From Dehalococcoidia bacterium (GTDB lineage Bacteria; Chloroflexota; Dehalococcoidia; Lucifugimonadales; UBA3495): DNA of 13,664 nucleotides. The number at the start of each line of letters is the position of its first letter. The stretch's first letter is position 1. The DNA is taken from positions 1-13,664 of the forward strand of contig JASLXV010000061.1 of NCBI GenBank assembly GCA_030740155.1, given 5' to 3'. Below are positions 1 through 6,760 of the stretch, in pieces. The notes beneath the pieces were generated by a model. The model worked only from the letters and a program-made list of their open reading frames with translations. It was not told the origin of the DNA and ran no database searches. The position numbers were made by a program, and so were the translations under genes.

Positions 1-211
1 AAGCCTCGACGTGCTCCCGCCGTATATTGGCCACGTCCTGCGGCATCCCTTGACTGGCGACGAACCGGGCGAACTGGCGCACCGCTTCGGTGTAGGTCTC
101 CTGGGTCCTCGGGCTCAAGTTCTCCGCCCGGAGATGACGGCAAAAGGAAGCCATATTAACAGCCAGGTCACCGCCTGCTATAATTGCCATCGGAGAAGCC
201 GTTTCAACCAT
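1..211 (-). CDS. Tyrosine recombinase/integrase, N-terminal core-binding (SAM-like) domain; partial, runs off the left edge
   Basis: Manual translation from ATG at 211: MVETASPMAIIAGGDLAVNMASFCRHLRAENLSPRTQETYTEAVRQFARFVASQGMPQDVANIRREHVEA. This fits the F..HL.AE..SP.T..TY...V..F..F pattern of XerC/XerD/phage integrase N-termini. SD GGTGGAG lies upstream. Not in the ORF track because there is no stop in the window; catalytic residues are not visible. Confidence 0.85.
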   Translation of the reverse strand, partial: MVETASPMAIIAGGDLAVNMASFCRHLRAENLSPRTQETYTEAVRQFARFVASQGMPQDVANIRREHVEA

Positions 212-288
212 GATTCACTCCACCACGATCCGCTCAATGATTTGTACAGTAATGTGCTGACCTAATCATGATACCGCTTAAAAATTGT

Positions 289-368
289 CCAGTTATCTGC
301 TTTCCTAGCATTGTAGCACATGCCAAACCAGGCAGTCAACCAGTTATGTGCTGTCCTTAGCTAGGAAA
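289..368. repeat. Imperfect direct repeat plus nested inverted repeats around the integrase promoter
   Basis: Direct: CCAGTTATCTGCTTTCCTAGC (289-309) vs CCAGTTATGTGCTGTCCTTAGC (340-361). Inverted: TTTCCTAGC (301-309)/GCTAGGAAA (360-368) and AGCACAT (315-321)/ATGTGCT (346-352). Confidence 0.7.
310..339 (-). promoter_or_regulatory. Sigma70-type promoter for the integrase
   Basis: Minus strand TTGACT (339-334), 18 nt, TACAAT (315-310), with an extended -10 (TGC-TACAAT). Confidence 0.65.
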
Positions 369-373
369 TACGT

Positions 374-448
374 GGGGGTGTAGCTCAGCGGGAGAGCACC
401 TGCTTTGCATGCAGGGGGCCAAGGGTTCGATTCCCTTCACCTCCACCA
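374..448 (+). tRNA. tRNA-Ala(TGC)
   Basis: Acceptor stem GGGGGTG/CACCTCC with the G3:U70 Ala determinant, D-stem GCTC/GAGC, anticodon arm CCTGC-TT-TGC-AT-GCAGG, T-arm AAGGG-TTCGATT-CCCTT, discriminator A and encoded CCA. Confidence 0.98.
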
Positions 449-669
449 CTCCAATTCAGGCCTATTGAGGCTCTCTTTTGGGGTAGCGGCCTTGTTGGCT
501 TGTTAACACTCGCCCCCTCACTGTTAACAAAAGTGTTAACAACGCCCATGTACCGCTGGTACAAATCGCGCCGCCATGGCCGCTTGCCGTTGACCATGTA
601 GGACAGGTAAGCCGGGGAGATTTCTAGCTCGGCAGCTATCTGCCGCAGTGATGGCGTCTTAGTCTGCAT
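385..669 (-). CDS. Small helix-turn-helix (XRE/Cro-like) DNA-binding protein; C-terminus encoded antisense to the tRNA
   Basis: GGAGG SD (680-676) lies 6 nt before the ATG at 669. SLRQIAAELEISPAYLSYMVNGKRPW is an XRE-type HTH. The stop TGA falls inside the tRNA D-arm region. Confidence 0.7.
   Translation of the reverse strand: MQTKTPSLRQIAAELEISPAYLSYMVNGKRPWRRDLYQRYMGVVNTFVNSEGASVNKPTRPLPQKRASIGLNWSGGGEGNRTLGPLHAKQVLSR
501..541. repeat. Three copies of the palindrome TGTTAACA; candidate integrase arm-type or HTH binding sites
   Basis: TGTTAACA at 501-508, 522-529 and 534-541, about 50-90 nt past the tRNA 3' end. Confidence 0.7.
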
Positions 670-702
670 TGTTGGCCTCCGCTCGTTTTCTCGCTGCATT
701 GA

Positions 703-1010
703 CTACGTTGCCCACCTGTCCGTGGCACCGTGTGGGACGCTGCCCCGATACACCTTTATGATGTCTCTTCCGTGGCTATACACGTCTGCCAGATAGCTAG
801 CGTACTTGTCACCGAAGCCCTCGTTCACCAGAAGGTGTTTGACATCCATAGCTGTCAGCTTCGAACGCAAGCCGTGGGCGTTGGATATGAACTCGTAGAA
901 CTGCCCCAATCCCTCGGGTGGAGGACAGACTTCTTCGCGAAGCGAGAAAACTGCTCGAAGTAAGGCTTGAGCTTGGGAGACAGCTTCGGGCACGAACGAG
1001 AATCAGGCAT
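703..1010 (-). pseudogene. Hypothetical ~102-aa protein split by a 1-nt deletion in a G4 run (pseudogene or sequencing error)
   Basis: ATG at 1010 with SD GAGGG overlaps the RHH gene end (ATGCCTGA). MPDSRSCPKLSPKLKPYFEQFSRFAKKSVLHPRDWG joins QFYEFISNAHGLRSKL...RWAT* if one G is added at 904-907. Confidence 0.65.
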
Positions 1011-1188
1011 TGTTTCCCTCTTCCCGCTCACGTGCCGCTTTCTCGTCAATTGCCTCTTCGAGCCATCGGCCCACCGTCTTGCCTGCTGCCTTCGCCCGCT
1101 CGTTGGCAAGCCGCAGTGCTTCCGGCTCCATCCGCACTGACAGGCGCGGCTGGTGGCCCGTTGGCGGTCGACCCATTCGCTTGCCCAT
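1003..1188 (-). CDS. Ribbon-helix-helix (CopG/Arc/HicB C-terminal-like) DNA-binding protein
   Basis: GRPPTG followed by a beta-ribbon RLSVRM and two helices (PEALRLANERAKAAG, TVGRWLEEAIDEKAARE); 61 aa; own promoter directly upstream. Confidence 0.75.
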   Translation of the reverse strand: MGKRMGRPPTGHQPRLSVRMEPEALRLANERAKAAGKTVGRWLEEAIDEKAAREREEGNNA

Positions 1189-1194
1189 GCATGT

Positions 1195-1223
1195 ACTCTA
1201 CTTTATGTCGGACAGCATTTCAA
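1195..1223 (-). promoter_or_regulatory. Sigma70-type promoter predicting a leaderless RHH mRNA, with a palindrome in the spacer
   Basis: TTGAAA (1223-1218), 17 nt, TAGAGT (1200-1195), 6 nt, then ATG at 1188. Palindrome TGTC-G-GACA at 1206-1214. Confidence 0.6.
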
Positions 1224-1261
1224 GTACGCGCTGTCGCAAGCTGGGCAAGGCAGGACGGCGT

Positions 1262-1305
1262 TTCCGTTCACACGCTATTATTAGGGTCACGGGCAGTGAA
1301 CGGAA
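1262..1305. repeat. Perfect 10-bp inverted repeat with a 24-nt spacer
   Basis: TTCCGTTCAC (1262-1271) / GTGAACGGAA (1296-1305); the spacer contains TATTATTAGGG. Confidence 0.75.
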
Positions 1306-1445
1306 CTGCGGCGGTGGAAGGCCGTCGGCAGTTTGGCCAGTTGGCCCAGGCACGAACCGGCGCTGTCACCGGCCCCTTGCCCGCCCGGCTGACCGGGCAG
1401 CACGGTTGACCTGCCAGGTGGGACTGACCTCTTGGCGCCGGGTCG

Positions 1446-1477
1446 CCGGTCCTTTGACGAACCGATCCTTTGACGAA
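1446..1477 (+). repeat. 16-bp tandem repeat, two copies, one mismatch
   Basis: CCGGTCCTTTGACGAA (1446-1461) + CCGATCCTTTGACGAA (1462-1477). Confidence 0.8.
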
Positions 1478-1652
1478 TAGGAAGGAACCGGTGGCCCGCT
1501 TGCATGTACATGTAGGTGCGGTTACCGTTCGTGGAAGCCGATGTCAGGGGCTAACCTTGCGGGCGACAATCTAGCCAGGCTCCTCAGGCCCGTTATGACC
1601 TCCAAATCTTGCGATTCCTCGAGGTGGAGCAATTGAGTGGATCGGATAGCAG

Positions 1653-1681
1653 TTGACGCGCTCAGGATACCGTTTTATAGT
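1653..1681 (+). promoter_or_regulatory. Sigma70-type promoter upstream of the membrane protein/YceI pair
   Basis: TTGACG (1653-1658), 17 nt, TATAGT (1676-1681). Imperfect inverted repeat CTCAGGATA (1661-1669)/TATCTCTGAG (1688-1697) straddles the -10. Confidence 0.65.
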
Positions 1682-1903
1682 TCGAAATATCTCTGAGGGT
1701 CGGACGTTCAGGGCTACCAATTTGATCTGGGGAATCCCGACATAGTGCCCGAAAAATCTGGCAGGTGCCAACAGCAAACTTTCGTCTAGATTAGTGGCTG
1801 TATTGGAGATGGCCTCGGCAGCGATGGGAGGGTTTCTGAAGGACCAAGACTTGGCGCCGTTTCTCACTGGCCCAACTGAAAAGACCTCGCGTCCAAAGGG
1901 GTA

Positions 1904-2437
1904 GTGGTGATCGCGGGTCTGACTGCCGGCTCCGTTGCTGCGGTGGTAGCCGTGCTGGTCTCACTGCCCTTGCGCTCACCGGATGACATACTTTTGAACA
2001 GCGCCACGGTAATGATCGGTTCGCTTCTTGCTGGCGTTCTTGCTGGCGTCATTCGGCGACTAATAGGCAATACGCCGACCCGCCCTAAGCACTTTGCGCT
2101 GATATGGTCGGCTATCTTCGCGGTCGTGGCCTTCATCACTCTGGGAGGCGAAACCCAGCTGGAACGCTTTATCGCTTTCGTCCTGCCGCTGGCCGCTATT
2201 GTCTTTGCCCTGACCGCCCTGCTCATCATCGTGATCGAGGGAATTCCCCTGCGCCGCAGATACTGGTCGGCAATTGCCACCGTCCTTCTGGCCCTCGCCC
2301 TGGGAATTGGGCTGGCAGGTCAGGGCGACGAGAAAAGCGGTGATTTGGAGCTTCCGCCACCGGCTTCTTCCAACTGGACTCAACCCCCCGCCATTGGGGC
2401 AGACGAGTTCATCTTGACCTCGGATCACTGGACATAA
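1904..2437 (+). CDS. Hypothetical integral membrane protein (~5 TM segments); start uncertain
   Basis: Five hydrophobic stretches separated by short charged loops; ends 23 nt before the next gene on the same strand. Confidence 0.8.
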   Translation: MVIAGLTAGSVAAVVAVLVSLPLRSPDDILLNSATVMIGSLLAGVLAGVIRRLIGNTPTRPKHFALIWSAIFAVVAFITLGGETQLERFIAFVLPLAAIVFALTALLIIVIEGIPLRRRYWSAIATVLLALALGIGLAGQGDEKSGDLELPPPASSNWTQPPAIGADEFILTSDHWT

Positions 2438-2460
2438 CGATAACGCGTGGAGGAACTTCT

Positions 2461-3276
2461 ATGCTGGAGATCACGAACAAGGCCCGGCTTCGGGGCGCGC
2501 TGATTCCAAGCCTGGCCGTGGCTCTAGCTGTTCTGCTGGTCGGATGCGGAACATCGGCCACCGCAACGCTGCCTCCCGCCCCCACGTCCACGGGAGGGTC
2601 AGCGACTGGTCCAGATGCCTCGCCGACCCCCGCGTCTACCTCTACCCCAGCGCAGGGGCTCTTAGCGCCAACCAGCACTCCCTCTACAGAGCCTTCGACG
2701 TCGACTCCAGAGCCAACAGAGCCTGCTCCATCAGGGCCGGGGCAAGTCTTGGGCGTTACCTATGTAGTTGGAGAGGGTTCCGAAGCTACCTTCACTGTGG
2801 AGGAAAAGCTGGCTCGTCTTCCCCTGCCCAACGATGCGGTGGTGCGGACTATGGCCCTCTCTGGAGAGGTGCATCTTGATGGCCAGCCGTCCGTCATCAA
2901 CATCGACTTGCATCAACTGGCCAGCGACCAGGAGCGGCGCGACCGGTACATCAGAGAGAAGATGTTTCCCAACAACCCCATTTTGACTTTCACCGTCAAG
3001 GATCTCGGCCAACTACCTGAGCCCGTTCCCGTGGGTGAAGTTATCACGAGGCAGGTTTCAGGAGAGGTGAGCATTCGCGGCGTTACCAAACCCCTCACCT
3101 TCGACGTGGAGGCGCGCCTCGACCCCGACACCCTGTTTATCCTGGGACGGACCACCTTCACCTGGGATGACCTGGAAATCCCTCCGCCGAACATTGCCGG
3201 AAGGATTCAGGTGCAGGACGAGGTGGAGGTGCAGGTGCTGCTGGCCGCGAAACCTACTCAGGACAGTGGCGGCTAG
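2461..3276 (+). CDS. YceI-family (lipid/polyisoprenoid-binding) lipoprotein with a Pro/Thr/Ser-rich linker
   Basis: GGAGG SD; signal peptide with lipobox LLVGC; low-complexity linker; C-terminal domain with GSEATFTVEE, IDLHQLASDQERRD, GEVSIRGVTKPLTFDV and FTWDDLEI, typical of YceI. Confidence 0.88.
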   Translation: MLEITNKARLRGALIPSLAVALAVLLVGCGTSATATLPPAPTSTGGSATGPDASPTPASTSTPAQGLLAPTSTPSTEPSTSTPEPTEPAPSGPGQVLGVTYVVGEGSEATFTVEEKLARLPLPNDAVVRTMALSGEVHLDGQPSVINIDLHQLASDQERRDRYIREKMFPNNPILTFTVKDLGQLPEPVPVGEVITRQVSGEVSIRGVTKPLTFDVEARLDPDTLFILGRTTFTWDDLEIPPPNIAGRIQVQDEVEVQVLLAAKPTQDSGG

Positions 3277-3611
3277 CGCCGAGGTACAGTGAAAGGGTTG
3301 TGGGCTGTGAAAACAATCCCTCAGTTCATTTGATATAAATCTGCATCAAGGAAGGCTCCTGGATCATAGCTGTGGCTAGCACTGTGTTTATAGTGGCTAG
3401 GTGAGGCTACTGAGGGCGGCTGCCACAAAGAGCCGACAAGAGGCCCCCTGGGCATGCTTCCCGTTGCCGTTGGCCGCCAGAGTTGCGAGCGGGCAGCCAA
3501 CCGATGAGGTGACGCGAATGATAGTACCGGGGCATTCGGATCGTATCTGAGCTAACGCGGAAGATTGGCTGTGTTATATTGGCCATAACGCTGTCGAATG
3601 GGGTGTCAAGC

Positions 3612-3953
3612 ATGCCAAGAATCGATCACATCCTTGGAGAAGGCTCTGAACTGGCCAAGTCACAGGTGGACGTGTTGGCACTTCTGGAGAGGCACCCGGA
3701 TTACGTGTTTCAAATGCAGCCCGCCGACTTGTTTGAGATTCAACTCTGGCTCATTGACCCCTCCACCGATGAACCGCCGTCGGGATTCGCATTGGATACC
3801 AGGCTTGGCTACACCATTGGAACGCTACGCTGGGCTCTAAGCACTTTGCACGCCCGTGGCAAGATTAGCAGCATTAAGCTATATCGGCGCACCTACTACG
3901 GTTCCCACGACGCCATCAAGAGGGCGACCAGGATGGCACCAAAAACGGAATGA
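3612..3953 (+). CDS. Hypothetical protein, possibly winged-helix
   Basis: ATG at 3612 preceded by GGGGTG. C-terminal TIGTLRWALSTLHARGKISSIKLYRRTYYG resembles a recognition helix plus wing. Confidence 0.6.
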   Translation: MPRIDHILGEGSELAKSQVDVLALLERHPDYVFQMQPADLFEIQLWLIDPSTDEPPSGFALDTRLGYTIGTLRWALSTLHARGKISSIKLYRRTYYGSHDAIKRATRMAPKTE

Positions 3954-4265
3954 AGCCGTGAAGGCGGCAGCAATCTCCACCGGGTCAGCACGGCCAGGCC
4001 GGCCGAGGGTAAAGGCACCGTCAGAGTTCCGGTGCTTTGGAGGCGATCTTCCCTCTCCAACAAGAAGGGGAAGGCGCTACCGTTCCACCATGGCGGCCGG
4101 CTGGCCAGAAAACGGACCCCGCCCGCGCCGTCTTCGGGATGGATGGCGGTACTGTCCGTCAACCTTTTGATTGTTGGCGCGGGCCACTTGGCCGGACAGA
4201 AGTATCATGAGACTGGCAGAGGCAAGGGTCCTACGTTTCTTGCCAGGATAGTGGAATGAGCCTAC

Positions 4266-5603
4266 ATGCCGGATAGGTCGTCAGCCGCCAGCGGTTCCAG
4301 AGCACGTCCCAAGGTCTTCTACGGCTGGTGGATGGTGGCGGCGGGCGGGGTCCTCAATGCACTGCAAGCGGGCACCTTTCTATCCGGTTTCTCAGTGTAC
4401 TTCCTTCCCGTGACGCGTGACTTTGGCTTGAGCCGGGCTGCCACCTCATTGGCCTACGGCTTGGGCCGTCTTGAAGGGGGACTCGAGGGGCCACTGGCCG
4501 GGTACCTGGTGGACCGCCTGGGTCCCCGGAAGATGATAGCCTTTGGAGGCTCCCTGGCCGGCCTCGGGTTCATGCTCCTGTCCCTAACTCACAATTTCAC
4601 CGAGTTTCTCATAGTGTACATCGGCGTCCTCGCGCTGGGTATGAACGCGGGGTTCAACCACGGCATCATGGCGGCGATCAATCAATGGTTCATTCGCCGC
4701 AAGGGCCTCGCCATGTCCATCTTGACCATGGGCCAGTCGATAGGTGGTTTCGTTATTACTCCCTTGGTCGCTGTCATAGTACTGACCGTAGGTTGGAGGA
4801 CCGGCGCCTTCATATCGGGCCTGACCTTGGTTGCCGCAGTAATCCCGTTGTCGTTTGTAATGCGCCGCACGCCCGAGGACATGGGCTTGCTGCCCGACGG
4901 GGACCGGGCCACCACTGTGGCCCCCTGGAACATTTCGGGCAGCGGACCAGCGCGATTCAGTCGCCACGTGACCGCCGTGGATTTTGCCGCGAAGGAGGCG
5001 TTTCGAACGCGTACCTTCTGGCTTTTGGCTCTGGCCATGGGTCTGCGGTCTTCAGCCCACATCGGGGTGTTTGTACACTTGGTGCCACTGATGGTGTGGA
5101 GGGGGCAAACGGAGGCCACAGGAGCCTTCGTGGTGGCTTTCGTCGCCTTCGCCACCTTCCCGCTCAGGGCCTTTCTAGGCTGGGCGGGCGACAAATGGGC
5201 CAACCCTAAGATAGTGGGCATCACCATGGTCCTGGGAGCAACCAGTCTAGTGATGCTTGTCGTAAGCGGAGGGACACTGTGGCAACTGCTCGTGTTCGCC
5301 TCACTCTTTTCTTTCGCTGAGGCCGTCAACGGCGTGGCCTGGTCTCTGATCGGGGACTTCTTTGGCCGCGGCAGCTTTGCCACTGTCCGGGGAGGAGTCT
5401 CCATGGCGCAAGGCTTCGCATCCATGGGCATGCCGGTGTTTGCGGGCTGGGTGTACGACACCACCGGCAGCTACCACAGTGCCCTGATGCCCCTGATTGC
5501 CCTGTACCTGTTATCGGCTGTCGTGTTCTGGAACCTCCCAGAGGCCAGGCCCCCCAGCCGGGTGAAGGACTCCTCATCGGTAGGCGCCTCCGCCGGCCAG
5601 TAA
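4266..5603 (+). CDS. MFS transporter (oxalate:formate antiporter/monocarboxylate-porter-like)
   Basis: 445 aa, about 12 TM segments; FYGWWMV N-terminus, motif A GYLVDRLGPRK, QWFIRRKGLAMS, RRTPEDMGLLPDG, GWVYDTTGSY. Confidence 0.95.
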   Translation: MPDRSSAASGSRARPKVFYGWWMVAAGGVLNALQAGTFLSGFSVYFLPVTRDFGLSRAATSLAYGLGRLEGGLEGPLAGYLVDRLGPRKMIAFGGSLAGLGFMLLSLTHNFTEFLIVYIGVLALGMNAGFNHGIMAAINQWFIRRKGLAMSILTMGQSIGGFVITPLVAVIVLTVGWRTGAFISGLTLVAAVIPLSFVMRRTPEDMGLLPDGDRATTVAPWNISGSGPARFSRHVTAVDFAAKEAFRTRTFWLLALAMGLRSSAHIGVFVHLVPLMVWRGQTEATGAFVVAFVAFATFPLRAFLGWAGDKWANPKIVGITMVLGATSLVMLVVSGGTLWQLLVFASLFSFAEAVNGVAWSLIGDFFGRGSFATVRGGVSMAQGFASMGMPVFAGWVYDTTGSYHSALMPLIALYLLSAVVFWNLPEARPPSRVKDSSSVGASAGQ

Positions 5604-5883
5604 GTTTGCCCTTTCGCTACAGCTAGATTTGATTCGGCGTACCGTCTACCTGGTCCCACCGCACGGTGACCGCGCGCCCGTCGCCTGCCACGTCAACGGG
5701 GTGGACTCGTCCGGAAAGTCGACTGTGCGTTGGCAAACGGCACTGTCAACGACACCCTGGCGCCCCTTGGTAGCGGCCCCAAGTGACGGTCCCACGGCTG
5801 TCGTGACGATCGGGAATCCGCACGCTTCGCGGAAAGGATCGGCTGTCGCCGGTGGCCGCCACCACAAGTTTGGGCGCCCTAGT

Positions 5884-6306
5884 CTAGGTGTCTGCTGGCC
5901 CTGCTGATAATCCCAACTGCCTGGCCAAGGATGGCCTATCGAGGTTAGCCCAGATTTCTACGACCTTGCCGCCGGAGGCTCGCATCACCGTCATTCCGCC
6001 AACTGTGATCCGTTTTCCCGTCGGCTGGATGCCCTCAAGCTGACCGGTATGGGTGCCGGTGAACGTGTATCGGACGGCGGCGAAGTCTCCGTCGGCGTGC
6101 ATAGAGTCGATGGTCCATTCCATGTCAGAGAAAGCGTTGATGAACTGGGCCTGCCGCCGCTTCCAGGCTTCCCGTCCTAGGTCGTCTTCATCTTGCCCAT
6201 GGCTCACAACATCTTCGGAATGCAACTCGTCGGCGATGGCCTCGTAATTCTCCATTCCCAAAATGATGGCACGGTCGAGGACAGCTCTCGTTTCTTCCGT
6301 AGACAT
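5884..6306 (-). CDS. SnoaL-like/ester cyclase family protein (NTF2-like fold)
   Basis: AFSDMEWTIDSMHADGDFAAVRYTFTGTHTGQLEGIQPTGKRITVGG...GKVVEIW...D...LARQLG; GGAGG SD at 6318-6314. Confidence 0.93.
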   Translation of the reverse strand: MSTEETRAVLDRAIILGMENYEAIADELHSEDVVSHGQDEDDLGREAWKRRQAQFINAFSDMEWTIDSMHADGDFAAVRYTFTGTHTGQLEGIQPTGKRITVGGMTVMRASGGKVVEIWANLDRPSLARQLGLSAGPADT

Positions 6307-6590
6307 CGGCTCACCTCCCGGCGCAGCGTAGCTTTATCCACCGTACCGCGGGCTAGTGCCGGATGACAAGGTGAAAAAGGTCCAATCTACGAGGGTTGAC
6401 AGCACCGTGATGCTTATCCACAAGCAACCTTTTCCGATAGTTGTCGCTTCAGCTTAACTTGCACGGACCCACCTCTCGGTGACGCTCCATCTTCAGTCAT
6501 GCACTGCCCCCTTGGCCCTGGGGAATGCCCTCAGCGCAATTGGGTACTACCCACGTGGTAGCACGATGCAGGTTTGGATACAATATCCAT

Positions 6591-6760
6591 ATCCTCCGGC
6601 ACTAGCCGTGGATGGAGTGAGCGCGGCCCTTCCCTGATGACACCTGCACCGAACACAGGTGAGGGTATTCCCGTGCCCAAAATACGGGGTAACAACGTGG
6701 TGGTTCGCGCCAAGCTCTCCTAGTATCGAGTTCATAGCAACTCGCTGGATGGAGGCGTTT
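6591..6760 (+). promoter_or_regulatory. Putative structured 5' leader (five hairpins) of the small Cys/His protein gene
   Basis: -10 TACAAT at 6579-6584. Hairpins at 6591-6613, 6632-6665, 6669-6689, 6698-6712 and 6717-6754; the last pairs CTCC with the SD GGAG. Confidence 0.45.

Larger units (their letters stand above)
449..1560. mobile_element. End or remnant of a tRNA-Ala-associated integrative element; right boundary uncertain
   Basis: Abuts the tRNA 3' end and contains repeats, HTH and RHH genes and a repeat-rich non-coding stretch. An integrase lies on the other side of the tRNA. No second att copy was found downstream in the window. Confidence 0.55.

Noticed and set aside
11..265. 84-aa + strand ORF
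   Set aside because: Antisense shadow of the integrase N-terminus; no SD or recognisable motif.
1446..1477. Possible CRISPR mini-array
   Set aside because: Only two abutting 16-bp units with no spacer and no cas genes.
1571..1867. 98-aa minus-strand ORF
   Set aside because: No recognisable motif, and it overlaps a near-consensus + strand promoter.
3330..3349. TTGAT...ATCAA FNR-like box
   Set aside because: The spacer is 10 nt rather than the 4 nt of an FNR site.
5604..5883. Short ORFs between the MFS and SnoaL genes
   Set aside because: No SD, motif or protein-like composition on either strand.
6634..6665. CTGATGA followed by a stem, resembling a hammerhead ribozyme core
   Set aside because: The stem is followed by AGGG rather than the required GAAA, and no stem III/UH site was found; it reads as a bulged hairpin.
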